DNA of 45,850 nt from Rozella allomycis CSF55 (lineage: Eukaryota): the NCBI GenBank assembly GCA_000442015.1, contig KE561091.1, positions 1 to 45,850 on the forward strand, in the 5' to 3' direction. This document shows positions 25,381-38,459 of this stretch, piece by piece. A model generated the notes under the pieces. That model was not told the origin of the DNA. It saw only the letters and a program-made list of their open reading frames with translations, and did not search any database. The position numbers and the translations under genes are program-made. How positions within the stretch are numbered: the first letter of the stretch is position 1; each line of letters starts with the position of its first letter.

Positions 25381-28245
25381 TTATTTTGATTCATATCGAT
25401 TAAACCATGTGTGGTTACACGCTATTTCAGCGGTTATTCTTTTATCGACATCGGGTTCCAGTAGTGATCGCAATAAACTTAGGGATTCTAATCTGTAATG
25501 GTATAATTCATTACGGTTTGAAAGTACAAAGGGTATTCGAAGCCTGAATTTTAGAATTTCTTCAACATTGTAGAATGGATTTTCTTTGTATATTAATGTG
25601 TACAGAAGAACGCCAAGTGCCCAAACATCTTGAGGCGGGCCAGTATAAAATTTTCCCGACATGATTTCTGGAGCCTAAAATACTACATTTATATTGATGT
25701 TACAGCATAATCAAGTGTTCCACAAAATGACTTGAAAGGTTTTCCGGGCTTCACATAGCTGCTAGACCCGAAATCAATTAATTTGATATTACAATATTGA
25801 TCAAGAATAATATTCTCATCCTATTTAAATATACTCTGTCTAAAATACCTTGATGTCCCTATGTACTATGCCATGTTTATGCAAATGACAAATGGCCTGT
25901 AGAACCTGATAAAAAATATGTTTCAACTCCATTTCAGACATGCCTGTATGAATTTCTATGTAATCAAATAAGTCCATTCCATATCCATGCAGCTTCATTT
26001 CAACGTAATAATAGTCTCTGTCTTCGAAAAACCGTGTCATATCCACCAAATTAGGATGTGAATTGTAATGAAGAAAATTAAGTATTTTGATTTCACTTGG
26101 GACTAGGCCAAGTTTGGAATCTTTCTGCCATGATTCTATTAAGATTTTGTTCTTAAAAATTGATTTTAATACATATTTGGTCTATGAAATATAACTGGGC
26201 ATATTACTCTATCTGAATCACCTTTTCTTCTCACTAACTTGACATGCCCATAAGCACCTTCCCCCAAATCGTCTACAACTTCGTAGTCGGACATTTTAAC
26301 ATTCTTGTTGGGAAATTCATCATCTGAATAATCTAAATTCTCTTTATGTATTGGGGACTCTAGCAAACCAAAAATGTCATAAGATGAACTAGATTCTGTC
26401 ACCTGAATATCACTTTCTATCGATTGTCCCTTTCTCGGAAGTGAAAATGAAATCCAGCACATGTATTGAATAATATCCTTCTCTCTCAGTAATTTTATTT
26501 GCACCAGAACACCAAATTTTGTTCCGTCACGGTGATATGCAATACAAGGAATTCGTTTCGAAATGTTAGTAGTTGGACCGTCTTTTGGTAACGATTCTGG
26601 CAGTAAATTGGAATCTTTCAAAACTTGATTAAAATCAGGCAATAATGAATGTATAAACCATTTGTTTTCTAGTTCTTTGGCCGATATACCAAACAAATAT
26701 TTCGTAAAAAGTGAATTCGTCGATATGATTAATCCATTTCTATCGGTAAATATTACACCCGACAATTCAGGGACAGTTATTACATCAAGCTGAGAAAGAT
26801 TGTATTCTATTTCCCTTATTTGTAGCACCGCAGGTATAGATATCTGATTCCCACTAATGCCATAATACTTTCCTTCTGTAATCATGGCTCTAAATCTTGG
26901 ATGAACTGCAAAGCCATTTTTATGCTCTTTAATTTCAACTAAAGGCGCATCGTTTGGTGTAGGTCTGCTAGCAAAGCCGTCAAGGCTCAATGCAGGTACT
27001 AGTCTAGCTAAATTCAAGTTTGTCAGAGTGCCCTCTGTATATTCAAGTAAATCCAGAAGCATCGGTGTAGCTTCAATCAACTCTTTTATGTTACCCTTTC
27101 GAATTTACCAGTCAATCTTACTTCTGTCGTAATGACAATTTTCAGCACTTGTTCATCCACCTTTTGTAGAATCCATAAAAATATATCCTTTCCTTCATTA
27201 TCCTTGTGTACTCGTAAATAGACTGAAGCAGATACTGTTTTTTGGGAGTCATTCTGATTTATTAAACGGGCCTATATAGAAAAATTGAACTTCATATTTT
27301 ACTATTTTTCCTTTAATTATGGCTTGATCAATCATTCCTTGATGCTTACTTATTATCGTGCGATATTTTTCAGCATAGAATGGCGTGAAAAACGTCCAAA
27401 CTGACTTGCCGTGAGTTTCCTCGACATTGACACCCAAAAGATATTCCAGAGATTTATTAGTCATTAATATTAAAAAATCTTTGTTTGTAACGATTATAGC
27501 ATCATCTGGTATCATGTCAAATCTGTAAGACCAATGTGCTACAGGTATGTGTGTGGGTGTTCTAACAATTGACGCTGGTATCAAATCAAGATCTTTGGTT
27601 TCAATTTTTATAGCGTTTTCAACGTTGTCGTTGCCTTTGCCCTTGTCCTCCTTTACTTTCTTTTCTAATTTTGCGGAGGATGTTTTCCACAATTTATCTT
27701 TCAGGCTCATAAATTCCAATGCTCTTTGCCAAGCGGACACTCTGTATTTTGCACCGGACTTTTTATCAGCAAATGATATACCAAGCGGGGAGGAGAGTAT
27801 CTGGTTGATGTCTTCTTCTTTTGCAAGACCATTGACTCGCATCCTGCTAAGAGCAAAATTGCTTTCATTTAAATCTTTCAGCTTTACGGATCTGTTTGAA
27901 TATTGTTCACCATTTTACGAAGTAGGCATTGGTGGAGAAATAAAATCTGACAAAACCTTAATTGATGAAACAATTAGGGCATGATCATTTAAGTTTAATT
28001 CATATCTATGCATCCAATCTTCAAGAGAAATAAGATCTAGCTGTAGTATGGATAACTTCAAAGTTTCTGTAACTTCTTCACTCCTGAATCTTCAAACAAG
28101 AGCAGATTTACCTTTTCCGTAACGTCAAAAGCTCATCATGGCTTAGATTCTGCGATTGTTTAATTTTTTCAATTATTGAAGGGAGCTCTAAATGCACTAG
28201 AGATGAGATCTCCTCTCTCATGGCATTTGTTGTCGGAGAAAGCAT
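25381..28245 (-). CDS. PAS-domain serine/threonine kinase (PASK/Psk-like); multi-exon, 5' end approximate
   Basis: PAS-like segments (DAIIVTN.., GVIFTDRNGLI..), LGEGAYGHV, GMDLFDYIE, HRDIK-DENII, IDFGS, FCGTLDY, PQDVWALGVLLYTL. Confidence 0.88.
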
Positions 28246-28359
28246 AGGTGTCAAAAATAAATAAAAACAAAAATAAATAATGACAGGTATAGTAGTTTGA
28301 AAAAATTATCTATTTTATGTTGTTGTATTGTAAATTGCAAGCCACAGATAACGCCAGGT

Positions 28360-28991
28360 ATGAAAGAAGAGACTGAAGAGCCTCTATACACAGTGGAAAA
28401 GATTTTGAAGAAACGCACACAAAAAGTAAAAACATTTTTAGGCTAACACAGGGTCGACTTCAATACCTTATAAAGTGGGAAGGGTATCCTGAGGACGAAA
28501 GCACATGGGAATATGCGTGTGGCATACATGCATACGACTTGATCGATGAATTCGAAAATAAGTTAAAGGCTCAAAGGGGAAAGAGAAAATCGACTGCCGA
28601 GAACACCCAGGAGGAAGAAGAATCGGAGGTTTCATCAAGTGAAAAGCCTAAAGTTAAAGAAGAAGAGAGACAACCGGAAGAAGAGAGACAGCCAGAAGAA
28701 GAAAAACGCCCAGAAGGAGAGAGAAGGTCTAAAAAGAAAAAGGCGGCCGTTAAGGAAGAAGAAGCAGGTGTTCTTGATGATCCTTCAAAGTATGATTTTG
28801 ACTGGGAAGAGAATGTGAGCAAAATAGTAAACTTAGAGAAGACTTCCCAGAAAGGAGAATACTTAGCTACTATATCCTGGAAACACATTAAAGGTCTTTC
28901 TATCTTTCCTATGAGCGTTTGCAGAGAAAAATGCCCACAAAAGTTGATTGATTTTTTCTGTAAATTTATTCACTTTTCGAAACATTTATAA
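28360..28991 (+). CDS. HP1/Swi6-like chromo + chromo-shadow protein; spliced
   Basis: YTVEKILKKR..-GRLQYLIKWEGYPEDESTWE chromodomain; acidic/basic hinge; shadow domain CREKCPQKLIDFF..IHF. Confidence 0.88.
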
Positions 28992-28994
28992 ATC

Positions 28995-29598
28995 TTATGA
29001 CATTTTTACGTTTGAAAACTAATTTTGCTTTCTAATATTTTGTTACGTCCATTTCAGGGTGTTGAGCTTGGAACTTTTTTAGCATTTCCATTTTCTTTAA
29101 ATCATCACTCGTTGGCTTCCCCATGGCTTTTTGATTTTGGTCAAACATCATCTTTTCTACCATCGCTCTTGTTTCACCATCCAAGTCTGATAATTTAGAG
29201 TTCTCTGGCTGTATTTTAGTTGTATCTACCTTTGGATGACCTTCGATAACGCATGCCCACCACTCCATTTGATTTTTCTTTTCTAAATGCACTTGAATTT
29301 CTTTTTGGCTATCTGAGAAATAGCTAAGCTTTAACATTACCAAGAGTCCATGTAGAATCATCAACAATTATATCTTTATGAAGTTCACCACTTATGATGG
29401 GTGCTTCATTGTTTAATGCGACAACCAACTTTTTTCGAGAAATTTCTACACGGATTTGCTTGCTTTTGGTACCAGCTGGTACTGGAATAACTAAATCAAC
29501 ATCTTGTAATGTTTGTTTCCAAGAATATGGCAGTTCTATAAATGTATAATGTTCAAGTTACTTGATTGTTCGTCAAGCTCTTTCGATTCGAGTGTCAT
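28995..29598 (-). CDS. nudC: Nuclear movement protein NudC; spliced
   Basis: [57 protein letters not shown]. Confidence 0.94.
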
Positions 29599-29725
29599 GA
29601 AATGTGGCGTTGCATTTTGGATGATAGGAAAAGGAGATCTGCTAATTCGAGAGCGATTGATAAGATTTGTTATTATTTGGAAATTAAATGTTTATTTATA
29701 CTAACAAAACAAACTTCATCTTGAA

Positions 29726-31708
29726 ATGAGCCTAACAAGCAAAAGAAGGGACAAAAAGTATCTTGATACGTTACTAGAAATATATTCAAAAAAAGAATAT
29801 CACAAAGGAATTGTAAAATTGCGACAAAATTTGGGGAGTGGAAGATTTTACCAATGGAAAATTTGCTACGTGGAGCTGTTAGGTGACAAACTTTACGTGT
29901 GGGGCCCTGTGAATATAAATTCCATAAATCTAAATGACGAAGTAGTAGAAAAAATAAAGAAAATGACAACGTATGTAGCGATTCACCTGAAGTGTTCGAT
30001 TATAAAATTCTCAAAGTCGAATGATTTTGTAATTGAAGTAAATTGCACGAACAATGAAGACTTTTCTATCATGTGTCAAAATTCTGTGACGCAGGAAAGG
30101 TGGATTAAAGCGTTGCACCATTCTAGATTTGAAAAAATGCTTTTGGGCATTTGCATCACAAGAAAAATGATTCTTTTAAAGGAAAATGCCATTTTCTATG
30201 ATACTGTTACACTTATTCATGATAATCATAACAATATAGTCATATCTGAGGTCATTGATGTTCAGCTTCCAGGAGCTACAATATTTTCGTCATGTAAATG
30301 TGAATTGGAGTATTGCTTTAAGCTCTATCAATTGAAGACTGATCAAGAAACAAAATTCAAGTTGGCATTACATTCCAGTAAATTAAAGATTCAATCTACC
30401 AATGATTCAAAATTATTTTGTGAATTTAAGCAAATTCATCGTAGTTATGTTCTAATTGATAGTGTTCGCGATACAATTCGTGTCGATGGTGTGGCTTTGA
30501 CATCCAAGGAACCAACTTTTGCTTTGTTTCGAGTAAGGCAAGAAGATAGTTTTATAAAATGGTTAACGCATTTGCAATATTGTAATACTGGTGTATCATT
30601 GTGTACGTCAGCCATTTCTCTTCCTGTTGATGTGCTTGATAACCATTTGAATATTAAAGGGAAAGATCTATTTCTTTCAACTAATAGCATGCAATTAAGA
30701 TTAGAAAATCATTTAAATAACTATTTTGTGGATGCTATGTTTCTTAAAGAATTGTTTAAGAATGGAAAGGGAAGTGAAGAAAACATAATGGTATACAATG
30801 GTGATTCAACTCATTCTGACAGTGAAAATTCTTTATCTGATTCTGAATCAGAAAATTTATCATCTTTTGAGGAAACGAAAATGAAAGTTAGACCAATGAG
30901 GCCTTTGAAAGTGTTTTCAAACAGTTCATCCTTTTCATCTCTAAAAGAAAGCGCGTCAACAACATCTCTAGTTTCAAATACAACTCCTTTACGGTTAAAT
31001 CAAATGAAAAAGTCTAAAGTCAGACAACAACAAAATAACTTTAATGTGAATCAAAGTAAATCATTAACGAGGGCCAAAAGTGAAAATGACATTCAACAAA
31101 ACTCAAAAAAGCCCGTCTCCAAGAATACACCATTTAGATTTGCTGAAACACCAACTTCCGCGCGTAGATTTTATTGCCCACCAACACCATTATTCTACAA
31201 CAATCAACATCAGTTTTTGCCAAATTTTCCTGTTTATCCTTTTTCTCCGTTTGGTTACCATCCTCCTACATTGCCTCTTTATCCACATCCATTAACACCA
31301 AATCACTTTGGCCATTCCCAACAATCAAATTTTCAACCTCCTCAGACAAGTTACGATGAAATTAATGTTCTCTTGAAATCATATGAGAATGAAGATGAAA
31401 GTTATCAAAAAATGTCAACACCAAAGCTACCAAAATCAAAAGAATCCAAAACTCCAATTCCAATGGTGTTACTATCTTTCATTGACAGAGTCGTAGATGC
31501 TAAACCTTACCATGATGTTTCTGTCAAAGAATTATTCCTGGCCTACGAAATTTGGTCAAAGATGTATTCAATTATAGTTCACGTTGATGAATATACCCTG
31601 GTTAAGGCTATGAAGGCAAAGGAATATCAACTTGAATTAATCAACGATCATCAAAATCATTATTCCTCAAGAATGGGCTGGAAAAATGTAGCTTTAAATA
31701 AAGTATAG
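29726..31708 (+). CDS. PH-domain protein, Skg3/Caf120-like
   Basis: 660-aa ORF; WKICYVELLGDKLYVW, WIKALHHSRFEKMLL..IT; low-complexity S/P/Q C-terminal half. Confidence 0.6.
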   Translation: MSLTSKRRDKKYLDTLLEIYSKKEYHKGIVKLRQNLGSGRFYQWKICYVELLGDKLYVWGPVNINSINLNDEVVEKIKKMTTYVAIHLKCSIIKFSKSNDFVIEVNCTNNEDFSIMCQNSVTQERWIKALHHSRFEKMLLGICITRKMILLKENAIFYDTVTLIHDNHNNIVISEVIDVQLPGATIFSSCKCELEYCFKLYQLKTDQETKFKLALHSSKLKIQSTNDSKLFCEFKQIHRSYVLIDSVRDTIRVDGVALTSKEPTFALFRVRQEDSFIKWLTHLQYCNTGVSLCTSAISLPVDVLDNHLNIKGKDLFLSTNSMQLRLENHLNNYFVDAMFLKELFKNGKGSEENIMVYNGDSTHSDSENSLSDSESENLSSFEETKMKVRPMRPLKVFSNSSSFSSLKESASTTSLVSNTTPLRLNQMKKSKVRQQQNNFNVNQSKSLTRAKSENDIQQNSKKPVSKNTPFRFAETPTSARRFYCPPTPLFYNNQHQFLPNFPVYPFSPFGYHPPTLPLYPHPLTPNHFGHSQQSNFQPPQTSYDEINVLLKSYENEDESYQKMSTPKLPKSKESKTPIPMVLLSFIDRVVDAKPYHDVSVKELFLAYEIWSKMYSIIVHVDEYTLVKAMKAKEYQLELINDHQNHYSSRMGWKNVALNKV

Positions 31709-31743
31709 TTTTGAACATTAAAAGAAATGGCACAAGTGGACCT

Positions 31744-32235
31744 TTATTTTGGACATGTTTTCCCTCTCTCTTCAAAGTCTTTACTTTCCCAATTAGGTCT
31801 TTCTTTACAACAAAGTCTCTTAGCTCCACTCCACTGGCACTCGGCCTTAAGGGGGGGATTCATTTCAAGTTTATATTCCTCATTTTCTGAGCATGGATCT
31901 GGAGAACAACTAGGGCGAGATCCGAACCATTTGCACATATATTTTCGAGGTCTCTTGCATTCATAGTTACTTTTATAAATCGTATTTTTGATTCCTGTTC
32001 CTATCTGCGTAAAATCTTGCTGCGATGTAACTCGTAGGAAGGAAGGAATTGAGACGTCATTCCCATCGGGGTCCTTGGTGTCGGCCGTGTCACAAATTTC
32101 TTCAACATTATAATTGCTAGTAGCTTCCATTGTAACACAATCCATACGGCCAAAAGTAAATGGGTCAAAAAGTTCTGCAAGTCCTACACCTAGAAGAGAG
32201 GTCAATACACCAAGTCTCACGAGTTTCATGTACAT
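31744..32235 (-). CDS. Small secreted cysteine-rich protein
   Basis: Signal peptide MYMKLVRLGVLTSLLGVGLA; 10 Cys including CKWFGSRPSC..C....CQWSGAKRLCC; intronless. Confidence 0.75.
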   Translation of the reverse strand: MYMKLVRLGVLTSLLGVGLAELFDPFTFGRMDCVTMEATSNYNVEEICDTADTKDPDGNDVSIPSFLRVTSQQDFTQIGTGIKNTIYKSNYECKRPRKYMCKWFGSRPSCSPDPCSENEEYKLEMNPPLKAECQWSGAKRLCCKERPNWESKDFEERGKTCPK

Positions 32236-32370
32236 GCCCCGTAAAAGACTGCTATTTATATTTGCTATTTCGCCCCTGTTTTATCTAAAATTACACAGGT
32301 ATTTTTGGACATTCGGGCTTTAAATAGACTACCAAATAGGAGCAAGATATAAAATGCATAATTTTATAAT

Positions 32371-33366
32371 TTATTCATCAAATTTAATCTTTGTTCCTTC
32401 ATATGCCGGCTTTTTTGAAAAATTTGATCTTCCTCTAAAATTGTTAGTTTTCTCGGTCATGACTTTAGCAAACTCTAATCTTACGCTTCTTCCGTCTATT
32501 TCAATCTCTTTGGCGCTGTCAATCAATTTTTGTGCTTCTTCAACGCTATCACAATCTACAAATCCGAATCCCTTGCAACGGCCGGAATCAGAATATGTCT
32601 TCAATCTGACGTTATAAGATCCAAATTGTTGCAATGCATGTTCAACAGACTCCTTGGTGCTTTCATAAGAAAGATTGTTCAGCAACACACTTTTGGAAGG
32701 GGCAGGTTGTTCCTTTGCGAAAGTCTTTTGGTTATTCTTTGGTTCAGCTTTATTAAAGGGCTTTGCATTTGGATTATTAGGCCTAGATTCAGCATGATTG
32801 ACTCTTAATGTTCTACCCTTCAATGTGGACTCGTGTAACTTTATAGCCTCATCAACAGCAGCCATAGAATCGAATTCTACATAAGCAAAACCTTTCTTGT
32901 TTCCATTATCTGGATGAGTGGGAATAGACACTCTAGTAATATTTCCACAGTTATGAAAGTGATTCTTTAAATCTCTTACTTCAGCTGTGAAAGGAAGGTT
33001 GCCAACAAAAACAACAAACTTCTTTTCTGGGGTAGCATTTTCATTCTGATTTGGTGCTTGGATAGCTACCGGTTCTTCGGCAATTTCAGACTCGGCGGGC
33101 GCATCATTTTTTGATTTCTTTGGAGAGGGCTTTTCTTCTTGAGCAAGATCTTCTGCTTCTCTCTTTTTTTCTTTTTTCTCCTTCTTTTCTTTGTCTTTAG
33201 ATTCTTTCTTTTCCTTCTTTTCCTTCTTTTCCTTCTTCTCTTTCTTTTCCTTTTTCTCTTTTTTTTCCTTTTTTTCTTTCTTCTCTTTTTTATCTTTCTT
33301 TTCCTTCTTCACAACTTTCTCTTCGACACGTTGTTCGCCTTCGGATGAAACAATTTCTTCTGACAT
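32371..33366 (-). CDS. Nucleolin/Nsr1-like nucleolar protein with two RRMs and KKE repeats
   Basis: RNP2/RNP1 VFVGNLPF..KGFAYVEF and LLNNLSY..KGFGFVD; C-terminal EGTKIKFDE; N-terminal (KKE)n. Confidence 0.8.
   Translation of the reverse strand: MSEEIVSSEGEQRVEEKVVKKEKKDKKEKKEKKEKKEKKEKKEKKEKKEKKEKKESKDKEKKEKKEKKREAEDLAQEEKPSPKKSKNDAPAESEIAEEPVAIQAPNQNENATPEKKFVVFVGNLPFTAEVRDLKNHFHNCGNITRVSIPTHPDNGNKKGFAYVEFDSMAAVDEAIKLHESTLKGRTLRVNHAESRPNNPNAKPFNKAEPKNNQKTFAKEQPAPSKSVLLNNLSYESTKESVEHALQQFGSYNVRLKTYSDSGRCKGFGFVDCDSVEEAQKLIDSAKEIEIDGRSVRLEFAKVMTEKTNNFRGRSNFSKKPAYEGTKIKFDE
33160..33310 (-). repeat. Coding low-complexity repeat (KKE)n
   Basis: Imperfect 9-bp repeat encoding KKEKKEKKE... Confidence 0.85.
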
Positions 33367-33541
33367 GAAATATTTTTTCGTGGCTAGGTTTCAAATTATT
33401 GAGTTTTAGAATAAACATTCCATTATTTTTATTAATTTTCAATCCATTTTTGTTTTTTAATATTGTCATAATTTGTCATGTTTTTTGAGCTCGTTCTTTT
33501 ATTCGAGTTAATCTGAAATTTACGTCCGTTAGAAATTTAAC

Positions 33542-35285
33542 ATGAGGGGAAGAAGAGGTTCTTATCGCGGACAAAGTCGTTTTGTACAAAGGTCAAGAGA
33601 CGATGAAAAGGAATACAATGTCTATATATCAGGTTTTACACAAGGACTGCCAGATCTTTTACACCTTGAAAATTTTTTGCTTCAAAAAGCGCCAACAAAG
33701 ATAAATGTAACTTGCACAGTAAATTTTTTTGATATATTTTATATAGACTCATGTTGGTCAAGGTGTTCAAGCTAGGGCTGCCGACTACAACTCTTACAAC
33801 GCACTTTTGGGGATGTCTGGAATAAGATACAAAGGATCTCAAGGAATAAATGACAAATTAATTATACAACCAAATGAAGAGAAACAGTCTGATGTTGATT
33901 TTGAGCAGATTGTACGTCAATCATTTGATATGTCCTCTAACAGTCTATTTTTTAGAAATATTTCTGAAATTGATTTGGGAATACGAAAGAATGCCCTTGG
34001 ATTATTTTCGTCGATACAAAAGTTTTGTTCTACGGTTAAAACGATCGATTTTAGTTCAAACAATATTTCAACGTTAAAATATTTTTATCAATTACGAGAA
34101 GCTTGCCCTCAAATTGAAAGAATATCTTTTGAAAACAATCGTATTAAAAATTGGAGTGACATTGAAGCTTTAGAGGATTTGAAAAATTCGCTTGTTGAAC
34201 TTGTTTTTATTGGGAATCCCATATGTCCAAGCGAGGTGCAAAAGAAATTAATTTATAGACAAGAAATGAAGAAGAGATTTCCTAAATTGCAGATTTTGGA
34301 TAGAGAGCAACTATTGGAAGAGCAAAATGACTGGAATCCACCCTGCATTGATTCATTTATTGACAATGAACAAACAAGAGCAGTTGTCACTCAATTTATG
34401 TCATTGTATTGAAACCTTTCGCTATTAAGTTTAGGTACTTTGAAAAGTATGATTCTCAGCGAGCTTTATTGGAAGAATTTTATCATCCCAACGCTATATT
34501 TTCTGTTTCAGTTTTACAAGCAATTGATACACAAGTTTTTAGGGATGTTTCAAAAGAAAGAGGAGGTCTTTCACCATTTCAATTGAACTGTTTTCATTCG
34601 CGACCACCAAAAGGAAAAGTCCATATTCCATTCCGTTATAAACCATCCAATGATCTGTTAAAACTAAAATCATTTATTAACATTGATTCCAATCTGGTAA
34701 ACTCAAGAAAGAAGTCCTCATCGATTTCTTTTTCTGCTAAAGAAATTGTGAAAACTTTATCAAGTCTTCCAGAATCTACACATCTCCAAAATACTTTTAT
34801 ATGCGACTCTTGGCAACTTCCTTCTAACCCGCCTTCTATTTACGTTTATTTAAACGGCGAATTTTTTGAGAGCAAAACTGGAATGGTTAGATGTTTTTCA
34901 AGAACTTTTGTGCTCATTCCAAGGTAAAAAAGATACTTTGTAGTTAATAGTGGCAATGAACGAATTCCTGTTGTTATTGTTAATGACTCTCTTTCTATAA
35001 TAGCTCAAGTAAATGAGCCAAGTGCTAGCAAATATCCTTGCGTTATTCACGAACTTTCAAATAATGAAAAGGCTCAACTGCAAAATAATCAGCATAGAGA
35101 GAAAATAGAAAAGATATCGTTAGAGTCAGGCGTTAATCTCGCATATGCAAGCCAGGCTCTAGAAAACAATAAATATGATGAATTCAAGGCATTGGAAGCG
35201 CTAAAAATATTAAAGGTAAATTAAAATCATTGAGGTTACTCAGTCAAACATGCAATTACCGCCTGAAGCCTTTATACGACAATAA
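33542..35285 (+). CDS. MEX67: mRNA export factor Mex67/NXF1; spliced
   Basis: RG-rich N-terminus, LRR (IDFSSNNI, ISFENNRI, LVFIGNP, KRFPKLQILD), NTF2-like (FSRTFVLIP..IVND), TAP-C UBA ending LPPEAF. Confidence 0.9.
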
Positions 35286-35347
35286 AATGATTTTTTCAAC
35301 AAACTCTTGACTTTTTTATAAAAAATAAGAATAAGAATAATATGATT

Positions 35348-37032
35348 TTATTCGTTTATGCTAGTGGACATTTGCTCTGTCAAATCGAGGAAGGAATTAG
35401 AACCAGAAGATTCGTAAGCCTTAATGAAAATACTTTTACGATGATCATCTAATGAAATTATAGCATCGAATATCTTTTCCTTTATGCTACTGTCTTCGGG
35501 GAAAGACGCTAAAAACATTGTCAACATTCCCGGAGAAAATGTCACGAGTTGTTGTACAGACAAGTTTTTAACAAATTCATGCAACATCAGCAAATTTAGA
35601 TAATTATGTGCGAGATACTTTCGGAGAAAATTATTCTTGTTATAACTAGTCACAATGTGTTGTCGTTCACCTTCGAGATACAGATAGTTTAAAAATATTT
35701 CGTCTCTAATGTATTTATGTTTTATGTTATAATCAATCAATGTCTTTCTCAATCCCATCAGACATAAATTATGAGTTTGGGATATTGAGTTTGAAAAGAA
35801 CTCCCCAATTTTGGCTTCCTCTTTCTTCGCCATCAACAATTGACCTGGAAGCGGACTACAATTTTTTTCTTTAAGATATTCATTCTCAAATTCTTGCAAG
35901 AGTTTTTCAGGGATTCGAAATTTGGTTTTAATCAAAACGGACAATAATAAAGAACTGTAGTCAGGATTATGGTTAATAAGCATGGCCAGAATCAATTTTT
36001 CATTCTTAGTATCAATAATCATTCTAATTAATCTCTCGCTATAGAATGGGATGGCCTTTACAAGCGTCACCAATTTCGAATATTCAGTTAATGCCAACTT
36101 GTTGAATATTTCCTTGATTATAAGCCAAGACTCTAGACCTAGTTGAGCTTCCGATTTTTCTATGCTTAACAGATACGGTATCCATTTCTCAATACTCGCT
36201 GTTTGTGTTAACAAAAACACGATTTTATTGTGCATAGAAGAGTTACCGTTCCACATGGTTGCAGGTGACGAAGAATTGTAACTAATTACGTTTCCCTCGT
36301 TTAAATGATAATCACTCCCATATTTATTGGCAAAAACCCCAAACCAAAACATGGGATCTTTAAATGCCAGCGGGTTGTTGTTTAAATTAACAGTGAATGT
36401 ATTGAAATTAAAGGAATCTTGATTCTCAAACTCGAATATACAATATGCAAAAAGATCTTGTTTCTTCGTCACCAGGTTTGAATTACAGTCATCCAATTGA
36501 AACGCTGGTAATTTAAAAGAAGGTGAAATATTATAACATGCAGCCGACATTAAATAGTAGTTAATCATTCTAGAAGTGATCCATTTGCTCTTGAAAGATT
36601 TAATAGACAGATTCGCTAGCGAATTTAAGAAGGATTCGTCATATATTGCGTGCCTCTTCAAAATCATTGCTAACAGCCTCTTAACATTTAGTTTTGTATA
36701 ATGTTCACCCCTAGGTTATGATGTATTGTTCTATGTTACTTTCTTACAGATTGCGCTATTGTATTTGAGATGTCCTTTACAGTGGAATAAGTAAGTTTCT
36801 TTGGAAAAGATCTTTTGAGATTTAACCTAGGACTTTCGTTGAATAAAGTTTGAACAAGATTATGGTATGGGTGTGATTTTAGAAGCAGGGCTCTTTGGAT
36901 GAGACCACCTTGGTAAACAGCACAACCTTCCAAGAGACCGTCTTGATCTTGTAGGCTATGATAATGTATTGGCTGGGCCAACGAGATCACAATTTTGATA
37001 AAGGAAAAAAACAGGGCAATCTGAACGAGCAT
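35348..37032 (-). CDS. Hypothetical protein (helical); 5' exons uncertain
   Basis: 439-aa ORF 35348-36667 plus upstream open segments; no family recognised. Confidence 0.55.
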
Positions 37033-37169
37033 GCTTTCAGTGGCTAAGTTTGCCTAAGATGGTATACCAGGTACAAAAGATCAGCCACAAAAAAAGATTT
37101 ATCAAGTTTTAGTTGTCCATTCCAATTTTATGCGAGGTTTTTTGTTTAGTAAAATTCCTGAATATTGTT

Positions 37170-38358
37170 ATGAAAAACCGACTGGTTTTTTCGTTCTTCA
37201 TTACAGCAATTTGTTCTCAAAGTAAAAACATTAAATTAAACATTATCAGAATGCTGTTTCTCAGAATCTCAGAACGCCAATAGTGCGAACCTTCTCGCGA
37301 TAAAAGGATATCATTCAAATGCGGTGAATAATAAATATGCCTATACAACAACAATAGTGTTCCCTGCTGCTTATCATATAAAAAGCCTATCAGGGAATAA
37401 AGCAACATGCTCTCAAACTAACAATAATGAAATTGACAATGTGTTCCAATGCACACAGGAAGCGAATTCGGATAACAATTTGTCACTTCTCGTAGATTGG
37501 GAATCCTCGTCTAATACTATTCCCATACCTTCCTTATCAATATATGGCACTAATTGTATTATGTCAACAACTTGTAACTTTGAAACCACGGGTGTAGCTG
37601 ATGGCTATATTCTTGTTCCTTATGTTGGAATTTTGAAGCTGGAGATTTTTGTGGGAGTTACTGTAGGGGGAGGTGTATTCATATTGGCGCTATTGTATTT
37701 TTGTGTTCGTCGTTTTACATCGCGTAGAACAGGAAACGATGTTGAGGGCGGTACCAAAAAAGAAAAGCCATCATTCACAGGAATTCTAGCTCAAGAGGCT
37801 GGAACAGAAAAAGATAAAGAAGAACCATTTAGAAGAGGACTCTTTGCCAAGGAAAAGGGCAATGAAGCAAATATGTCGTCTTCTGCACTTATTGCCGATT
37901 CAAAAACTAGGGAAACTACCAAACTTACACCAGCTGGGCATAGGCTCTCAAGGATGAATCCGAATATAACAATGGAGCCACTAGTTCAAATACATGGTCA
38001 TGAAAAGAAGATCAGGGATGCCAAATTCGACGTTAGTAAGCGTTCCACTGTTGCGGACATTGACGACATTGTTCCTCTAGCTGTTCTCAAGGAGACCCAA
38101 ATTAAGGAGCAAGTGGACGAAGAAGAATTACCTTTAGGTATCGTTAAAGCTATGAAGAAAAGGCAAGAAGAAGATGAAGATAATACTACTCTCGCAAATC
38201 TTGTCCCTTCTAGCAATAGAGACTTTAATTTAAACCATCGATACACCCATGATGACGATAATGTGGCCCTTGGAATTTTATACCGACCTCCAACAGAAAA
38301 ATCTGACGATTGGGAAACATTTCACGAGGATGGAATTGATCGGATGGAACGCAAATAA
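37170..38358 (+). CDS. Type I single-pass membrane protein (signal peptide, Cys-containing ectodomain, TM, long tail)
   Basis: MKNRLVFSFFITAICSQ, 28-nt intron, ectodomain; TM IFVGVTVGGGVFILALLYFCV followed by RR. Confidence 0.7.
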
Positions 38359-38459
38359 TAAACAAAAATCTATCCATGTCCGATATTTTTAACATAATAT
38401 AGAAGTATCTTGACAACTGATAAATCATTTACTTATATAAGAAAGTAAAAAGTTCAATC

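Noticed and set aside
25329..25394. Apparent coding overlap of GPI1 with the PAS kinase 3' end
   Set aside because: The ORF track uses an upstream ATG; the conserved GPI1 region fits a start at 25328.
28660..28715. EEERQP-type 18-bp repeats in the HP1 hinge
   Set aside because: Ordinary low-complexity linker expansion.
33139..33409. Phe/Ser-rich plus-strand ORFs, and similar antisense ORFs at 13591, 28571 and 45037
   Set aside because: Antisense shadows of K/E-rich coding regions.
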